Part shown: positions 1 through 12,739 of the stretch, piece after piece
Layout of the letters: each line of letters begins with the position of its first letter
How positions within the stretch are numbered: position 1 is the first letter of the stretch
NCBI GenBank assembly: GCA_963773065.1
Contig: CAVYZN010000033.1
Span: 37,414-101,413, forward strand
Length of the DNA stretch: 64,000 nt
Direction: 5' to 3'
DNA from: an uncultured Gammaproteobacteria bacterium
GTDB taxonomy: Bacteria; Pseudomonadota; Gammaproteobacteria; UBA9214
The notes under the pieces: model-generated
What the model was told of the DNA's origin: nothing
Databases searched by the model: none
The model's input: the letters and a program-made list of their open reading frames with translations, nothing else
Program-made: the position numbers and the translations under genes

Positions 1-459
1 AAGTCCGCTCTCCTGGAGTATGATGGCGAGGAATTCAAGGGCATGCTGGACGGGCGTGTGAGCACGCGCAAGAAGTCGCCCGCAACCCAGGAAGTTCAGA
101 TCTGGCGCAATACCCAGGGCATGTATGCCACCACCGGAAGCATCAACGGACTGCCGGTTTCCCTGCTGGTCGACACCGGTGCGACGCAGGTGGCCATGAA
201 TGCCGCCCAGGCCCGGCATCTGGGGATCGATTACCGCGTCATCGGCGTGCCGGCGGCGATTACCACGGCATCGCGGCGTGGAACGGGCCTGGGCGGTGAC
301 GCTGGATTCCGTCAAGGTCGGTGAGATCGAGCTGAGAAATGTCGCGGGTGTGGTGCTCGAAGGCGCGCAACCCAGACGATCCTGCTGGGCATGTCCTATC
401 TTGGCCGGCTTGAGATGACCAACGACGGGCGTTTGATGACATTGCACAAGAAATACTGA
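1..459 (+). CDS. Clan AA (retropepsin-like, TIGR02281-type) aspartic protease, 5' partial, frameshifted
   Basis: [13 protein letters not shown] catalytic motif; C-terminal half ([16 protein letters not shown]...) continues in other frames; stop TGA at 457-459. Confidence 0.8.
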
Positions 460-555
460 ACGACGGTCGAGATCGTAGTTCCTGCCCTGAAGATAGGTCT
501 CTGTGTTTGTCGGGGAGCCGCGTCGTGCGGCGGTGATATTCCGGGATACCCGTGC

Positions 556-1376
556 TCAGACTCACCGGCTTTACATGTTCGATCAGGGCATAGGCCGAAT
601 GATTGTGGATGGATTCGAAGTTCTCGGATTCGACGATATAGGCCGCAATACGCTCATCCCTATTCAGGCGGGTGGCGATATCCCTTACCATGTCTTCGAC
701 AAACTTGGGATTGTTGTAGGCTTTTTCCGTTACATATTTTTCATCCGGGCGCTTCAGCAGGCCATACAACTCGCAGGAGGCCTCGGACTCGACCATGTCA
801 ATCAGGTCCTCGATCCAGACAAAGCCGCGGGTTTCCGCGCTGACGGTGACATGGGAACGTTGATTGTGCGCCCCGTAATCGGAAATCTGCTTTGAACAGG
901 GGCAGAGGCTGGTAACCGGAACGACCACCTTGACATTCAGTTTCGGCCGGCCTTTGGTGATTTCCCCGATCAGACTGACATCATAGTCCATCAGGCTTTC
1001 CACGCCGGTGATGGGGGCGGCCTTGTTGACGAAATAATGGAAGTTCATTTCGATGTGGCCGGCCTCGGCCTCAAGACGTTCAGTCATCTCATGCAGCATT
1101 TCCATGAAGGAATCGACCGAGATTTCGCGTTCATGCAGATTGAGGATCTCCACGAAGCGCGACATGTGGGTACCCTTGAAATTGTGCGGCAGGTTGACGT
1201 ACATGTTGAAGGTGGCGATGGTGTGCTGTTCGCCGCCGCTACGGTCCTTGACTCGCACCGGATGGCGGATGTTCTTGATGCCGACCTTATCGATCGGTAA
1301 TCCGCCGTTTATCGGCACTGCCTTGCACATCGGCAATGGGTTGCGGTTCACTCTGTACGAGTTTTTTGGGTTTCAT
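556..1376 (-). CDS. folE2: GTP cyclohydrolase FolE2 (type IB); ends approximate because of indels
   Basis: [38 protein letters not shown] and [10 protein letters not shown] motifs. True N-terminus (MKPKK...[12 protein letters not shown]) is in another frame from ATG 1376. The ORF tail to 260 looks like read-through. Confidence 0.93.
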
Positions 1377-1636
1377 TGGTCGTGATCCGGTTCAGAGCAT
1401 GAGAGATATCGGGCGATTGCTGCCGCACGGGAAGGCCTTCGTTGCTTCATGCCCTGTTCAGCACACGAGCAGGTTACTCATCAAGGTAGTACATGGGAAC
1501 CTGCAATAAGAGGTATACCCGCTGCAAGATATAGGCTCTGCCTATGCGTTGACCCCTGTAATCCTGAGTCAGCCGCTAGGATATTAACCTGAGAGCGGCT
1601 GATTTACAAACCGGTTATTTCAGGGGTACTCAGGAA

Positions 1637-2562
1637 TTATCTATCTCTTTCAATAACGTATGTCGATATCCAGCGTAGGGGGTCGGCCTTTTGATCCATC
1701 CCTGCAAGGCTCTCCATGGCTTCCTCGTGGAGTTCACTGGCGCGTTGTTTTGCACCCTCCAGTCCGAATAGTGCCGGATAGGTCGATTTCTCAAGCGACT
1801 GATCCGCCCCGCAACGCTTGCCAAGGGTCGTCGGTTTCACCTTCAACGTCGAGAATATCGTCGCGAATCTGGAAAGCCAGACCGATGCATTTTGCATAGT
1901 GATCGAGTTTTTCCAGGGTGCTTGTGGAGAAGTGCCGGGTTGGTGAGCGCGCCGAGGATCGACACTGGAGCGGATCAGTGCACCGGTTTTATGGATATGC
2001 ATGTCCTCGAGTTCGGCGATACCCAGTTGCCGACCGGCGGCTGTCAGATCGATAGTCTGTCCGCCCACCATGCCACGCGAACCGGCCGCCATAGCCAGGT
2101 TTTCGATCATCAGCAGCCGGGTTTTGTCATTCTGATAGGTTTTGTCATGCGCGAGGATATAGAAGGCCAGTGCCTGCAGCGCATCACCCGCGAGTATCGC
2201 GGTGGCTTCACCGAACGCCTTGTGGCAACTGGGTTTCCCGCGGCGCAGATCATCGTCGTCCATCGCCGGGAGATCATCATGCACCAGGGAATAGGCATGG
2301 ACGAGTTCGATGGCGCAGGCCGGACTGTCCAGTTGTTCCCAGTGGCTGCCAACGGATTGGCCGCTGGCATAGACGAGGGCGGGGCGTATGCGTTTGCCAC
2401 CCCCAGTATCGCGTAGCGCATGGCTTCATGCAGGGAGGACGGGAGGGTTTTCTCGTCGGGCAGCCAGTGAGACAGACTTTTCTCGAGGCGCGCCTGGCAG
2501 CTTGCCATGAATGCCTGCAGGGAAGGATTAGGTGTCTTCACTGGCGAACGGGGCGATGTCAT
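1637..2562 (-). CDS. ispA: Farnesyl diphosphate synthase (geranyltranstransferase), frameshifted
   Basis: HDDLPAMDDDDLRRGKP, GDALQ, GMVGGQ, HKTGALI and KSTYP motifs; directly after xseB. Confidence 0.92.
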
Positions 2563-2770
2563 CCTGGCCGGATTTTTTCAACAGGATTTCAACCTTCTGT
2601 TCGGCCTCCTTCAAGGCCTGTTGACAGGTGCGCGTCAGTTGAACGCCGCGTTCGAAATCCCGCAGGGATTCCTCCAGGCTCAGATTGCCTTGCTCCATCT
2701 TCGCAACAAGGGTTTCCAGTTCCTTGAGGGATTTCTCGAATGCGAGTGTTTCCTGTTGTTTTCTGGCCAT
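2528..2770 (-). CDS. xseB: Exodeoxyribonuclease VII small subunit
   Basis: FEKSLKELETLVAKMEQGNLSLEESL..FERGV..C; xseB-ispA synteny. Confidence 0.95.
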   Translation of the reverse strand: MARKQQETLAFEKSLKELETLVAKMEQGNLSLEESLRDFERGVQLTRTCQQALKEAEQKVEILLKKSGQDDIAPFASEDT

Positions 2771-2905
2771 TGCTTGAAACTTATATCCAATCGTCCTACG
2801 TTACCCCAGCCAGGCGAGAGGGGTCAATGTCGAAGCGCCTGATGTCATCACCCAAAGAAAGCAGTACTTGACCCGGAGGGATGGTGGGCTAAATTTGCAT
2901 CAAGA

Positions 2906-2920
2906 TTAGATCAATTCTAA
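2906..2920 (+). promoter_or_regulatory. Fur-family (PerR/Irr-like) operator candidate
   Basis: Imperfect 7-1-7 palindrome TTAGATCAATTCTAA about 55 bp upstream of rubrerythrin. Confidence 0.5.
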
Positions 2921-2975
2921 ACTTTATGCTGGCACGATACCACTGAATTCATTACTGTCGCACGAGGAAAATACT

Positions 2976-3395
2976 ATGAATCTGAAAGGCAGCAAGACGG
3001 AAAAGAATCTCAAGGATGCATTCGCCGGTGAATCACAGGCCAACCGCCGTTACCTCTATTTTGCCGCGAAGGCGGATGTCGAGGGGTATAACGATGTCGC
3101 AACGGTATTTCGTTCCACGGCGGAAGGCGAGACCGGCCATGCCCATGGTCATCTTGAATATCTTGAACAGGTCGGCGATCCGGCTACCGGGCTTCCCATC
3201 GGTGCCACTTCGAGTAATCTGAAGGCGGCGATTGCCGGTGAAACCCATGAGTACACCGATATGTATCCGGGGATGGCCAGATCGGCGCGCGATGAAGGTT
3301 TTGAGGAAATTGCGGATTGGTTTGAAACCCTGGCCAAGGCCGAGCGCTCTCATGCCAACCGTTTCCAGAAAGCACTCGATTCACTGGATCAATAA
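2976..3395 (+). CDS. Rubrerythrin (short type, no rubredoxin domain)
   Basis: [30 protein letters not shown] and AERSHA di-iron motifs. Confidence 0.93.
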   Translation: MNLKGSKTEKNLKDAFAGESQANRRYLYFAAKADVEGYNDVATVFRSTAEGETGHAHGHLEYLEQVGDPATGLPIGATSSNLKAAIAGETHEYTDMYPGMARSARDEGFEEIADWFETLAKAERSHANRFQKALDSLDQ

Positions 3396-3465
3396 ACTCC
3401 TGGCACGTAGCAATTAGGGGCCGGTTGAACGGCCCCTGGTATCGTAATCCCATGGGAGCGGATTA

Positions 3466-4819
3466 ATGGCATCAACAGGTGAAGGGAAGCGGGAAGGCAG
3501 CCTGGAGGCGCCGACGCGTCATCCGCTGGACTGGACGAGTACCGGTTTCTACGATGAACAGGAACTGTTCAGGGAACTGGAACGGGTTTTTGACATCTGT
3601 CATGGTTGCCGGCGCTGTTTCAGCCTGTGCAATGCCTTCCCGACCCTGTTCGATGCGATTGACGGATCGAACACCATGGAACTGGACGGTGTCCCCCGCG
3701 AGGTTTACTGGAAGGTGGTCGATCACTGTTACCTCTGTGACATGTGCTTCATGACCAAGTGTCCCTATGTGCCACCACACGAGTGGAACGTGGATTTCCC
3801 GCATCTCATGTTGCGCGCCAAGGCGGTGCGGTTCAAGCAGGGTAAAGTCCGGCATGCGTGACCGCCTGTTAACCTCGACTGACACGGTCGGACGTCTCGC
3901 CGGCATACCGATAGTGACCCAGGTCGTCAATGCAACCAACAAGTCAGCAACGGGACGCCGGCTGATGGAAAAGATGCTGGATGTGCATCATGAACGCCAT
4001 CCTGCCGCAGTATCACAGCAGGACATTACGAAAGCGGCTCGGCTGCGCGTGATGTATGCCGGCATGACTGCGTGAACCAGCCGGTCAGACGCACGGCAAG
4101 GTTGCCCTGTTCGCGACGTGTTACTGCAATTACAACGAGCCGGATATCGGTGCAGACCTGGCGGCGGTGCTGGGGCATAACGGCATTCCGGTCACCACTG
4201 TCCACAAGGAGCGGTGCTGTGGCATGCCGAAACTGGAACTGGGTGATCTGGACGCCGTCAAGGCCGCCAGGGATGCCAATATCCCCGCCTTGATCCGTCT
4301 CGTTAACGAGGGCTGGGATATAATCGCGGCGGTTCCCTCCTGCGTCCTCATGTTCAAGCAGGAATTACCCCTGATGTTTCCGGATGATCCGGACGTCGCC
4401 AGGGTCAGGGACGCCATGCTTCGATCCGTTCGAATATCTGATGCTGCGTCACAAGTACGGCAAGCTGAGAACCGATTTCAAACAGTCGCTCGGCAAGATA
4501 GCCTACCATGTGCCCTGTCACCTGCGGGTACAGAACATCGGTCTCAAGACGCGCGACCTGTTGCAACTGATTCCCGACACCCAGGTGGATGCCATCGAGC
4601 GTTGCTCGGGGCATGACGGTACCTATGCGGTAAAAGAGTGAATGTCACGAAATCTCGATGAAGATCTGTCGCCCGGTAGTCAATCGCGTGGTGCGGGAAG
4701 AGGTCGATCACTATAGCAGCGATTGTCCCATGGCCGGACACCAGATCGAGAATGGGCTGGATAACGGCAAGGCGCCCGAGCATCCAGTGAAACTGTTACG
4801 AATGGCTTATGGAATCTAG
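3466..4819 (+). CDS. Rubrerythrin-associated Fe-S oxidoreductase (GlpC/Hdr-like, CCG domains), frameshifted
   Basis: CHGCRRCFSLC and CYLCDMCFMTKCP 4Fe-4S motifs; CCGMP, YHVPCHL and CSGHDG across ORFs 3466/3767/4167/4384. Confidence 0.85.
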
Positions 4820-4911
4820 CCGGGGTGTTTACGCTGGCCGTTGAATGCAGGGTGCGTATTCCCGTGGAAAGGCCAGGCGCATGGAAATTGCCGGTAACCG
4901 ATACTGACGCT

Positions 4912-5500
4912 ATGGACAAACTCACACGCAACGATCTTTACAGTCTTGAACAGTATGCGGATCACCGGCCGGCATTTCGCGCCCGTGTCATCGCACATAA
5001 AAAGAACCGCAAGCTCCCCATCGGACCGGTGGCGACCCTGTATTTCGAGGACCGTTTGACCGTTCAGTACCAGATTCAGGAGATGCTGCGGGTCGAGCGG
5101 ATCTTCGAAGCCGCGGGCATCGAGGAAGAACTCGCTGCTTATAATCCGCTCATTCCGGACGGCGGCAACTGGAAAGGGACCCTCATGATCGAGGAACCCG
5201 ATGTCGGAAAGCGCCATCAACTGCTGGCCGGGCTTGATCGGGATCGAGGACAGGGTATGGGTGATGGTTGACGGGCATGAGACGATCTACGCCGTGGCGG
5301 ATGAAGATCTCGATCGGGGCACGGAAGAAAAGACCTCAGCGGTCCATTTTCTGCGTTTTGAGCTGAGCCCGGCAATGGTCGAGAGATGCAAAGGCCGGTG
5401 CGGACCGTCAGTATTGGCATCGACCATGAAGACTATACCCACCGAGTGGAGCCCGATTGCGGAGAATGTTCGCACTGCGCTGCTGGCCGATCTCGCGTGA
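4912..5500 (+). CDS. DUF3501 family protein, frameshifted
   Basis: LYSLEQY...FEDRLTVQYQIQEMLRVERI...YNPLIP; KTSAVHFLRFEL; third gene of the rubrerythrin cluster. Confidence 0.85.
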
Positions 5501-5593
5501 GCAAGCAGCCATCAGGCAGCAAATCCGGCAATTTCCAATGATGCGATGATCAGGCTCGAAATGCGGCGACGGGCGCGCTAAACTGCGCTCCCC

Positions 5594-6149
5594 ATGAGGA
5601 CACGCATACTGGCCAGGGCAATACGCCGTAGATACCGGTTTGCCGTCTTTCTTGTGTTTTTCTCTCGCCTGGTATCCGCCGATGAGGAGTCGGGGTGGAC
5701 GGGACGCTCCCTTCATTGAACCGCCTGCCTGGCGGGAAGAAGCGCTGGAATTACCTGCCTATCCTCAAAAAGACCGGTTGCTTGAAGTGCCAGTAAGTTT
5801 ATCCGGCTATGCCTTTCGCGTATTCATCGACCCAAATTCGCTCTCCGTGGGCGGGGACCATGTGGTGCGCTACACCGCGGTGCTTGTCTCATCAGCGAAT
5901 GTATGGAACACCTCCTATGAAGGGTTGCACTGTGGTAAAAGCGAATACCGGCGCTATGCCTACGGTTCCAACGGCAACTGGTTTCCGATTGAAGCTTCGC
6001 TCTGGCAAAGGGTGACCGATGCCGGTATGGACCACTATCGCTATGTGCTCTACTGGAATACCTGTGCGACCCCGTTCGGCCGGATCTGAATGTTGAGGAG
6101 ATGTTAAAAAGGATCCGCACACCCTTCAGGAATGGTATTACATGACTAG
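5594..6149 (+). CDS. CNP1-like family protein, frameshifted
   Basis: WREEALELPAYP, FIDPNSLSVGGDHVVRY and SYEGLHC...YRRYAYG. Confidence 0.7.
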
Positions 6150-6181
6150 CCGCTCAGCATGTCTGACTACGGACTATAACG

Positions 6182-8072
6182 ATGAATACCGCCTATGACG
6201 CCGCCGCGATTGAGATTCTCAGCGGGCTTGAACCGGTGCGTAAACGTCCGGGCATGTACACGGATACCACGCGCCCCAACCATCTTGCGCAAGAGGTGAT
6301 TGACAACAGCGTCGATGAGGCGATGGCCGGTCATGCCACGCGTATCGGGGTGACGCTGTACCAGGACGGCTCACTGGAAGTTGCGGACAACGGTCGTGGC
6401 ATGCCGGTTGATCTGCATCCTGATGAAGGCATCAGCGGTGTCGAGGTGATCCTTACCCGCCTGCATGCCGGGGGCAAGTTCTCGGGGGGGAACTACACAT
6501 TCTCCGGCGGGCTTGCATGGTGTCGGTGTGTCCGTCGTCAATGCCTTGTCCAATCACCTTGAAGTCTGGGTGCGGCGCAATGGCAAGGAATACAACATGG
6601 CCTTTTCCGGTGGTGACAAGGTTTCTGCCTGGAAGAGGTTGGTACGGTCGGCAAGCAGAATACCGGCACCACGCGTGCGCTTCTGGCCCGATCCCAGATA
6701 TTTTGATTCGCCTAAATTTTCACTGTCGACGACTCAAGCATGTACTGCGCGCCAAGGCGGTGCTGTGTCCCGGCCTGCTGGTGCGCCTGCACGACGAGGC
6801 CAGCGGCGAGAAGCTGGAATGGCGCTATGAAGACGGGGTGCGGGATTACCTGATCGGGGAACTGGGCGATGCGCAACGGCTGCCCGAGGATCCCTTCATC
6901 GGCAACATGACGCGGCAACCAGGAAGCCGCCGAGTGGGCGCTGGTCTGGTTGCCTGACGGTGGGGAGTCGGTGGCCGAGAGTTACGTCAACCTGATTCCG
7001 ACCGTCCAGGGCGGGAACCCATGTGAACGGGCTGCGCATGGGGCTGACCGAAGCCATACGCGAATTCTGCGAGTTTCGCAATCTGCTGCCGCGCGGTGTA
7101 AAACTTACCCCCGAGGATGTATGGGAGCGATGCAGTTACATTCTTTCGGTAAAACTGCTGGATCCGCAATTCAGCGGGCAGACCAAGGAACGGCTCTCGT
7201 CCCGGGAGTGCGCGGCGTTTGTGTCCGGTGTCGTCAGGGACGCCTTTGGCCTTTGGCTCAACCATCACACGGAAACCGGCGAGCGCATCGCCTGGCTGGC
7301 GATCGAAAATGCCCAGCAGCGTCAGCGTGCCGGCAAGAAAGTCATTCGCAAAAAAGTGACATCCGGTCCGGCCTTGCCGGGCAAGCTGGCCGATTGCTCG
7401 GCGAATGACAACGAGCGAACCGAGCTGTTCCTGGTCGAGGGCGATTCAGCCGGTGGTTCAGCCAAACAGGCCAGGGACCGTGAATTCCAGGCCATCATGC
7501 CGTTGCGAGGGAAGATCCTGAATACCTGGGAAGTGGACTCGGCCGAGGTGCTGGCTTCCCAGGAGGTACACGATATTGCCGTCGCAATCGGTGTCGAACC
7601 CGGTTCCAATGACCTGCGGAATCTGCGCTACAGCAAGATCTGTATTCTTGCGGACGCCGATTCCGACGGCGCGCATATCGCGACACTGTTATGCGCGCTT
7701 TTTCTGCGCCATTTCCCTGTACTCGTGCAGGCCGGGAATATCTACGTCGCCATGCCGCCGCTGTACCGCATCGATGCCGGCAAGGAAGTGTTTTATGCGC
7801 TGGACGATGCCGAGAAGCAGGGGCTGCTGGATCGCATAGCGGCCGAGAAGATCAAGGGCAAGGTGATGGTGCAGCGCTTCAAGGGGCTGGGCGAGATGAA
7901 CCCGATGCAGTTGCGCGAGACCACCATTGCACCGGAAACCCGCCGCCTCGTGCAGTTGACGGTGGCTTCGGATGACGATACCCATCAGCTGATGGACATG
8001 CTGCTGGCCAGAAAGCGCGCCGCGGACCGACGAAGCTGGCTCGAGGCTTCGGGTGACATGGCTGACAAATAG
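6182..8072 (+). CDS. parE: DNA topoisomerase IV subunit B, frameshifted
   Basis: [53 protein letters not shown] and RFKGLGEM motifs. Confidence 0.95.
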
Positions 8073-8092
8073 GGCGAATAACAGGAATATTC

Positions 8093-10352
8093 ATGAAAAC
8101 GCTTGATCTCGACTATGAGGGCATCGAACGACTGCCGCTGAAGAGCTTCACCGAGAAGGCCTACCTGAATTATTCCATGTATGTCATTCTCGACCGGGCC
8201 CTGCCGCATATCGGCGATGGCCTGAAGCCGGTGCAGCGTCGCATCGTTTATGCCATGTCCGAACTCGGCTTGTCGGCGATTGCAAAATACAAGAAATCGG
8301 CCCGCACCGTCGGTGACGTGCTCGGCAAGTTTCACCCGCACGGTGATTCGGCCTGCTACGAGGCGATGGTGCACCTCGCGCAAGCCTTTACCTGCCGTTA
8401 TCCCTTGATAGATGGTCAGGGAAACTGGGGATCGCCGGACGACCCCAAGTCGTTTGCCGCCATGCGCTATACCGAATCGCGCTTGTCGCCCTACGCGGAA
8501 TTACTGCTGGCCGAACTGGGGCAGGGTACGGTGGACTGGGTGCCCAACTTCGATGGCACCCTGGAAGAACCCGAGCGCCTGCCGGCGCGCCTGCCCTCGG
8601 TATTGCTTAACGGCGCGGCGGGCATCGCCGTCGGGATGGCAACCGATATACCGCCGCACAACCTGAAGGAGGTTGCGGCGGCGGCTGTGCATTTGCTTGA
8701 CAATCCAAGGAGTACGGTCGAGGAACTCTGTGAGTATATAGAGGGACCTGATTTTCCCACCGGGGCAGAGATAATTACATCCAAATCCGAACTGGTTCAG
8801 GCCTACAAGTCGGGTAATGGCAGCGTGCGCCTGCGTGCGTGTTATGAAATCGAACGTGGCGACATCGTGATCACGGCCCTGCCATACCAGACATCCGGCG
8901 GCAAGGTTCTGGAGCAGATCGCGGCCCAGATGACGGCAAAAAAACTGCCCATGATCGAGGATCTGCGCGATGAGTCTGACCATGAGAATCCCACCCGTCT
9001 GGTCATCGTGCCGCGCTCCAACCGGATCGATGTGGAATCCCTTATGACCCATTTGTTCGCCACTACCGATCTGGAACGCACGGTGCGCATCAACCTCAAT
9101 ATGATCGGGCTGAACGGACGGCCGCAGGTCAAGGACCTGCGCACCATCCTGACGGAATGGCTCGAGTTCCGTACTCACCACCGTGCGGCGGCGTCTCGAA
9201 TATCGACTCGCTAAGGTCAATAATCGTTTGCACCTGCTCGAGGGTCTGTTGATCGCTTTCCTCAACCTCGACGAAGTGATCCGGATCATACGCACCGAAG
9301 ACAAGCCCAAACCGGTTCTGATGGAGCGCTTCAAGCTCTCTGAGGAGCAGGCGGATTACATTCTGGATACCCGCTTGCGGCAACTTGCCCGTCTGGAAGA
9401 GATGAAGATCAAGGCGGAGCAGGAGGAACTGGCCAGTGAACGTGATTCAATAGCCAAAATACTTGGCTCCGGGCAGCGGCTGAGGACCCTCATCAAGAAA
9501 GAGATCCAAAGCGATGCAGAGAAGTTCGGCGATGAGCGCCGTTCCCGTCTGGTGGAGCGCGCGGCCGCCCAGGCCATGGACGAAACAGCGCTGGTGGCGA
9601 GTGAGCCGGTAACCGTGGTGTTATCGAGTAATGGCTGGGTGCGCGTCGCAAAAGGACATGATATCGACCCGGCGGAAATGAATTACAAATCCGGCGACGA
9701 GTTTGCATCGGCGGCCCGCTGTCGCAGCAATCAGTTGGCGGTATTTCTTGATTCTACCGGCCGTACCTATGCCGTGCCCGCGCATTCGCTGCCATCCGCG
9801 CGGGGACAGGGTGAACCGTTGACCGGTCGCCTCAAACCCGAGGATGGTGCGCGCTTCGTCGGCGTAATGGCGGGCGATCCGGACAGCTTGTATCTGCTGG
9901 GCAGTGATTCAGGGTATGGATTTATCACGCGTCTCGGCGATCTGTATACGCGTAACAAGTCGGGCAAGGCGGTGCTATCAGCCCCTGTAGGTTCCAGAAT
10001 ACTGCCACCGGTACCGGTCAGAAATCTTGAGGAGAACCGGATTGTAGCGGTGACCACTGACGGTTATATGCTGGTAATACCGGCTGCCGATCTTCCGCAG
10101 TTATCACGTGGGAAGGGTAACAAGATAATCAATATTCCATCGGCGAAACTTAAAAACCGCGAGGAATTCGTGGCTGCGCTTGCATGTATAAAGGGTGGAG
10201 AACAGCTCACAATTCATGCAGGCAAACAACACAAGACGATGAAGACGGAAGTGCTGGGCGAATTCGCTGGAGAGCGCGGGCATAGGGGACGAAAATTACC
10301 ACGCGGTTACCAGAAGGTGGATCGCGTAGAAGTTCTCTTGCAATCAGAGTAA
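8093..10352 (+). CDS. parC: DNA topoisomerase IV subunit A, one frameshift near 9180
   Basis: [27 protein letters not shown] and AAMRYTE motifs; follows parE. Confidence 0.95.
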
Positions 10353-10620
10353 ATTTTGATTTGGAGATTTCTTTGTCATTCTACAGTGCATGGCAATTCC
10401 TCGGGAGGAAACGCCAGCGAAGACGTACTGAACAACTTCCACGTTCACGTCAGTACAACGCAGGATAAGAAGTGCATTTTATTGTCATGGTGAGTGAGTG
10501 ACTGTACAGTTCGGCTGGTGAAGCGAAAAGTCAGATGCGCTGGATTGCGCTAGACCTCAATACAGTTGATACCAGAAACCTTACCTAATCCCTCTTCCTC
10601 TACGCTGATAGGAGCCTGTT

Positions 10621-12128
10621 TTGCCCGGCAACCCAGACAAGCCAGTTGCAAGCAAGACGCCCTCCAGGGTCGTAGCAGCGGTAGACCTTGGTTCCAACAG
10701 CTTTCACATGATCGTTTCTCGCCTAGAGAACGGCACGCTGTGCGTCATCGACCGCCTGCGGGAGCCGGTCCGGCTTGCCGAAGGTTTGGATGAACGGCAT
10801 GAATTGTCACTCGAGGCACAGTGGCGGGCACTCGCCACGCTGCGCCGGTTCGGTCAACGCTTGCGTGAACTCGATTCCGAGAACGTTCGCGCCGTTGGCA
10901 CCAATACTTTCCGCGCGGCGGATAATACCGTTGGTTTCCTGGCCCAGGCCGAAAAGGCACTGGGTCACCCCATCGATGTCATCTCAGGCATTGAGGAAGC
11001 GCGCCTGATTTATCTGGGTGTCGCGCATTCGCTCAGCAACGACAGCGAACGCCGTCTTGTGGTCGACATCGGCGGCGGCAGTACGGAGCTGATAATCGGC
11101 CAGCAACTGGAAGCGCTGCACATGAACAGTTTTTATATGGGCTGCGTGAACATGAGCCAGCGCTACTTCCCCGCCGGGGTGATTACCGCCAAGGCGATGT
11201 CGGAAGCCGAAACCGCCGCCAAGCAGGAACTTGAACCCGTGGAGACATCGTACCGCTCCGCCCGCTGGGATGCGGCGATTGGTGCGTCGGGTACCATCAA
11301 GGCGGCAGCGGGCATAGCCCATGCCTGCGGGTGGTGTGAAGACGGAGGAAGAATCACCTGGGCTGCCCTGAAAAAGCTGAGAAAGGCATTGATCGATGCA
11401 GGGACACATTGAAGCCCTTGAACTCAAGGGTCTCAGCGAAACTCGGAAACCGGTTCTGCCTGGCGGTATCGCCATACTGAGGGCTGTGTTCAGTACACTG
11501 AACATAGAATCCATGCAGGTTGCCGCGGGCGCGCTTCGGGAAGGCCTGTTGTATGATCTTGTCGGGCGTATCCAGCATCAGGATGTGCGTGATCGCGGTG
11601 TCCAGGCCCTCTCGGTGCGCTGTGCTGCGGATGAGGCCCAGGCGGGACGGGTGCGGGATACCGCGCTGAGGCTGCTGGATTCTGTCAAAGAGGGTTGGAA
11701 CCTGCAGGATGAGGAACTGGCTCAAATGCTGGGATGGGCGGCGCAGTTGCACGAATGTGGAATGATGGTTGCTTATGACCAGTACCACAAGCACGGCGCC
11801 TATATCATAAGCAATGCCAATATGGCGGGGTTTACGCAGCAGGAAAAACAGCTGCTGGCCGTGCTGGTGCGAGCCCACCGGCGCAAATTTCCCATTGCCG
11901 AAATGAAGGTACTGCCCGAACGCTGGCGGCAGCAGGCCATACGGCTGGCGATACTGTTGCGCATTTCGGTGACTCTTAACCGGGGTCGTGCCGATATGCC
12001 CTCTCGCTGGTCCCATCACACTGAATGTCCCGCATGAGTGGCTGGACTACCATCCCTTGACCAGGGTCGATCTTAAATCCGAAGCGTCATACCTTTCCGC
12101 CATCAATTACAAACTGGTTACCAGATAA
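10621..12128 (+). CDS. ppx: Exopolyphosphatase Ppx/GppA, frameshifted
   Basis: AAVDLGSNSFHM, ISGIEEARLIY, DIGGGSTE, GALREG motifs and HD-like C-terminal domain. Confidence 0.9.
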
Positions 12129-12739
12129 TCCCCAGTGTAGCGATGGCCGGCAATCATGAAGAACCAATAGTCTCTTCCCGCGGTCAGGTTATCGCCGTTT
12201 GTTGCATCATGCGCCTTCCTTGAGGTGAAGTGTCTGCCGCGCGCATCGCCATCGGAGCGGCGCTAGTGGCGCGGATCTGCCGATATTCAGTCGACTATCG
12301 TCGTTTTGTTGACGCGGTGTTCGTTACTATGCCAAGGTTTACGTACACGTGCGGGTAAACCGGCCCCATGGAAGAACCTGTCGTCGAATAGCATTATCAG
12401 CCGTGTTTATGGGATTTTCCGGTCTTGTGAACCGTCTCCCGCGTGGAAGTTTGTCCGTTTGTGGTTGATGTCTGACGCGCTTCGCAGGCCGTTCATTCAG
12501 TCCGCTGTTTGACAAGCAGCACTGGGTCAGCCACTGGCAGATCTATCCGGTGCAGTTATCGCGCATTGAGGTCGTGTGTTGCCCAGGGTATGGGCCCATT
12601 ACCCGGTAACCGGCTTGACGGGGACGTGCCGCAGCATGCAAGCTCACGGCTTCTATGCTGTGTCGACATATTCTGTACTGTATCGCAGCGGTTCCCGTAA
12701 ACAGGGAATGGCGCCTCTTTGTTAATATCCTGTGATTTA

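Noticed and set aside
260-555. C-terminal extension of FolE2
   Set aside because: It runs antisense over the protease gene past the usual FolE2 end; likely read-through from an indel.
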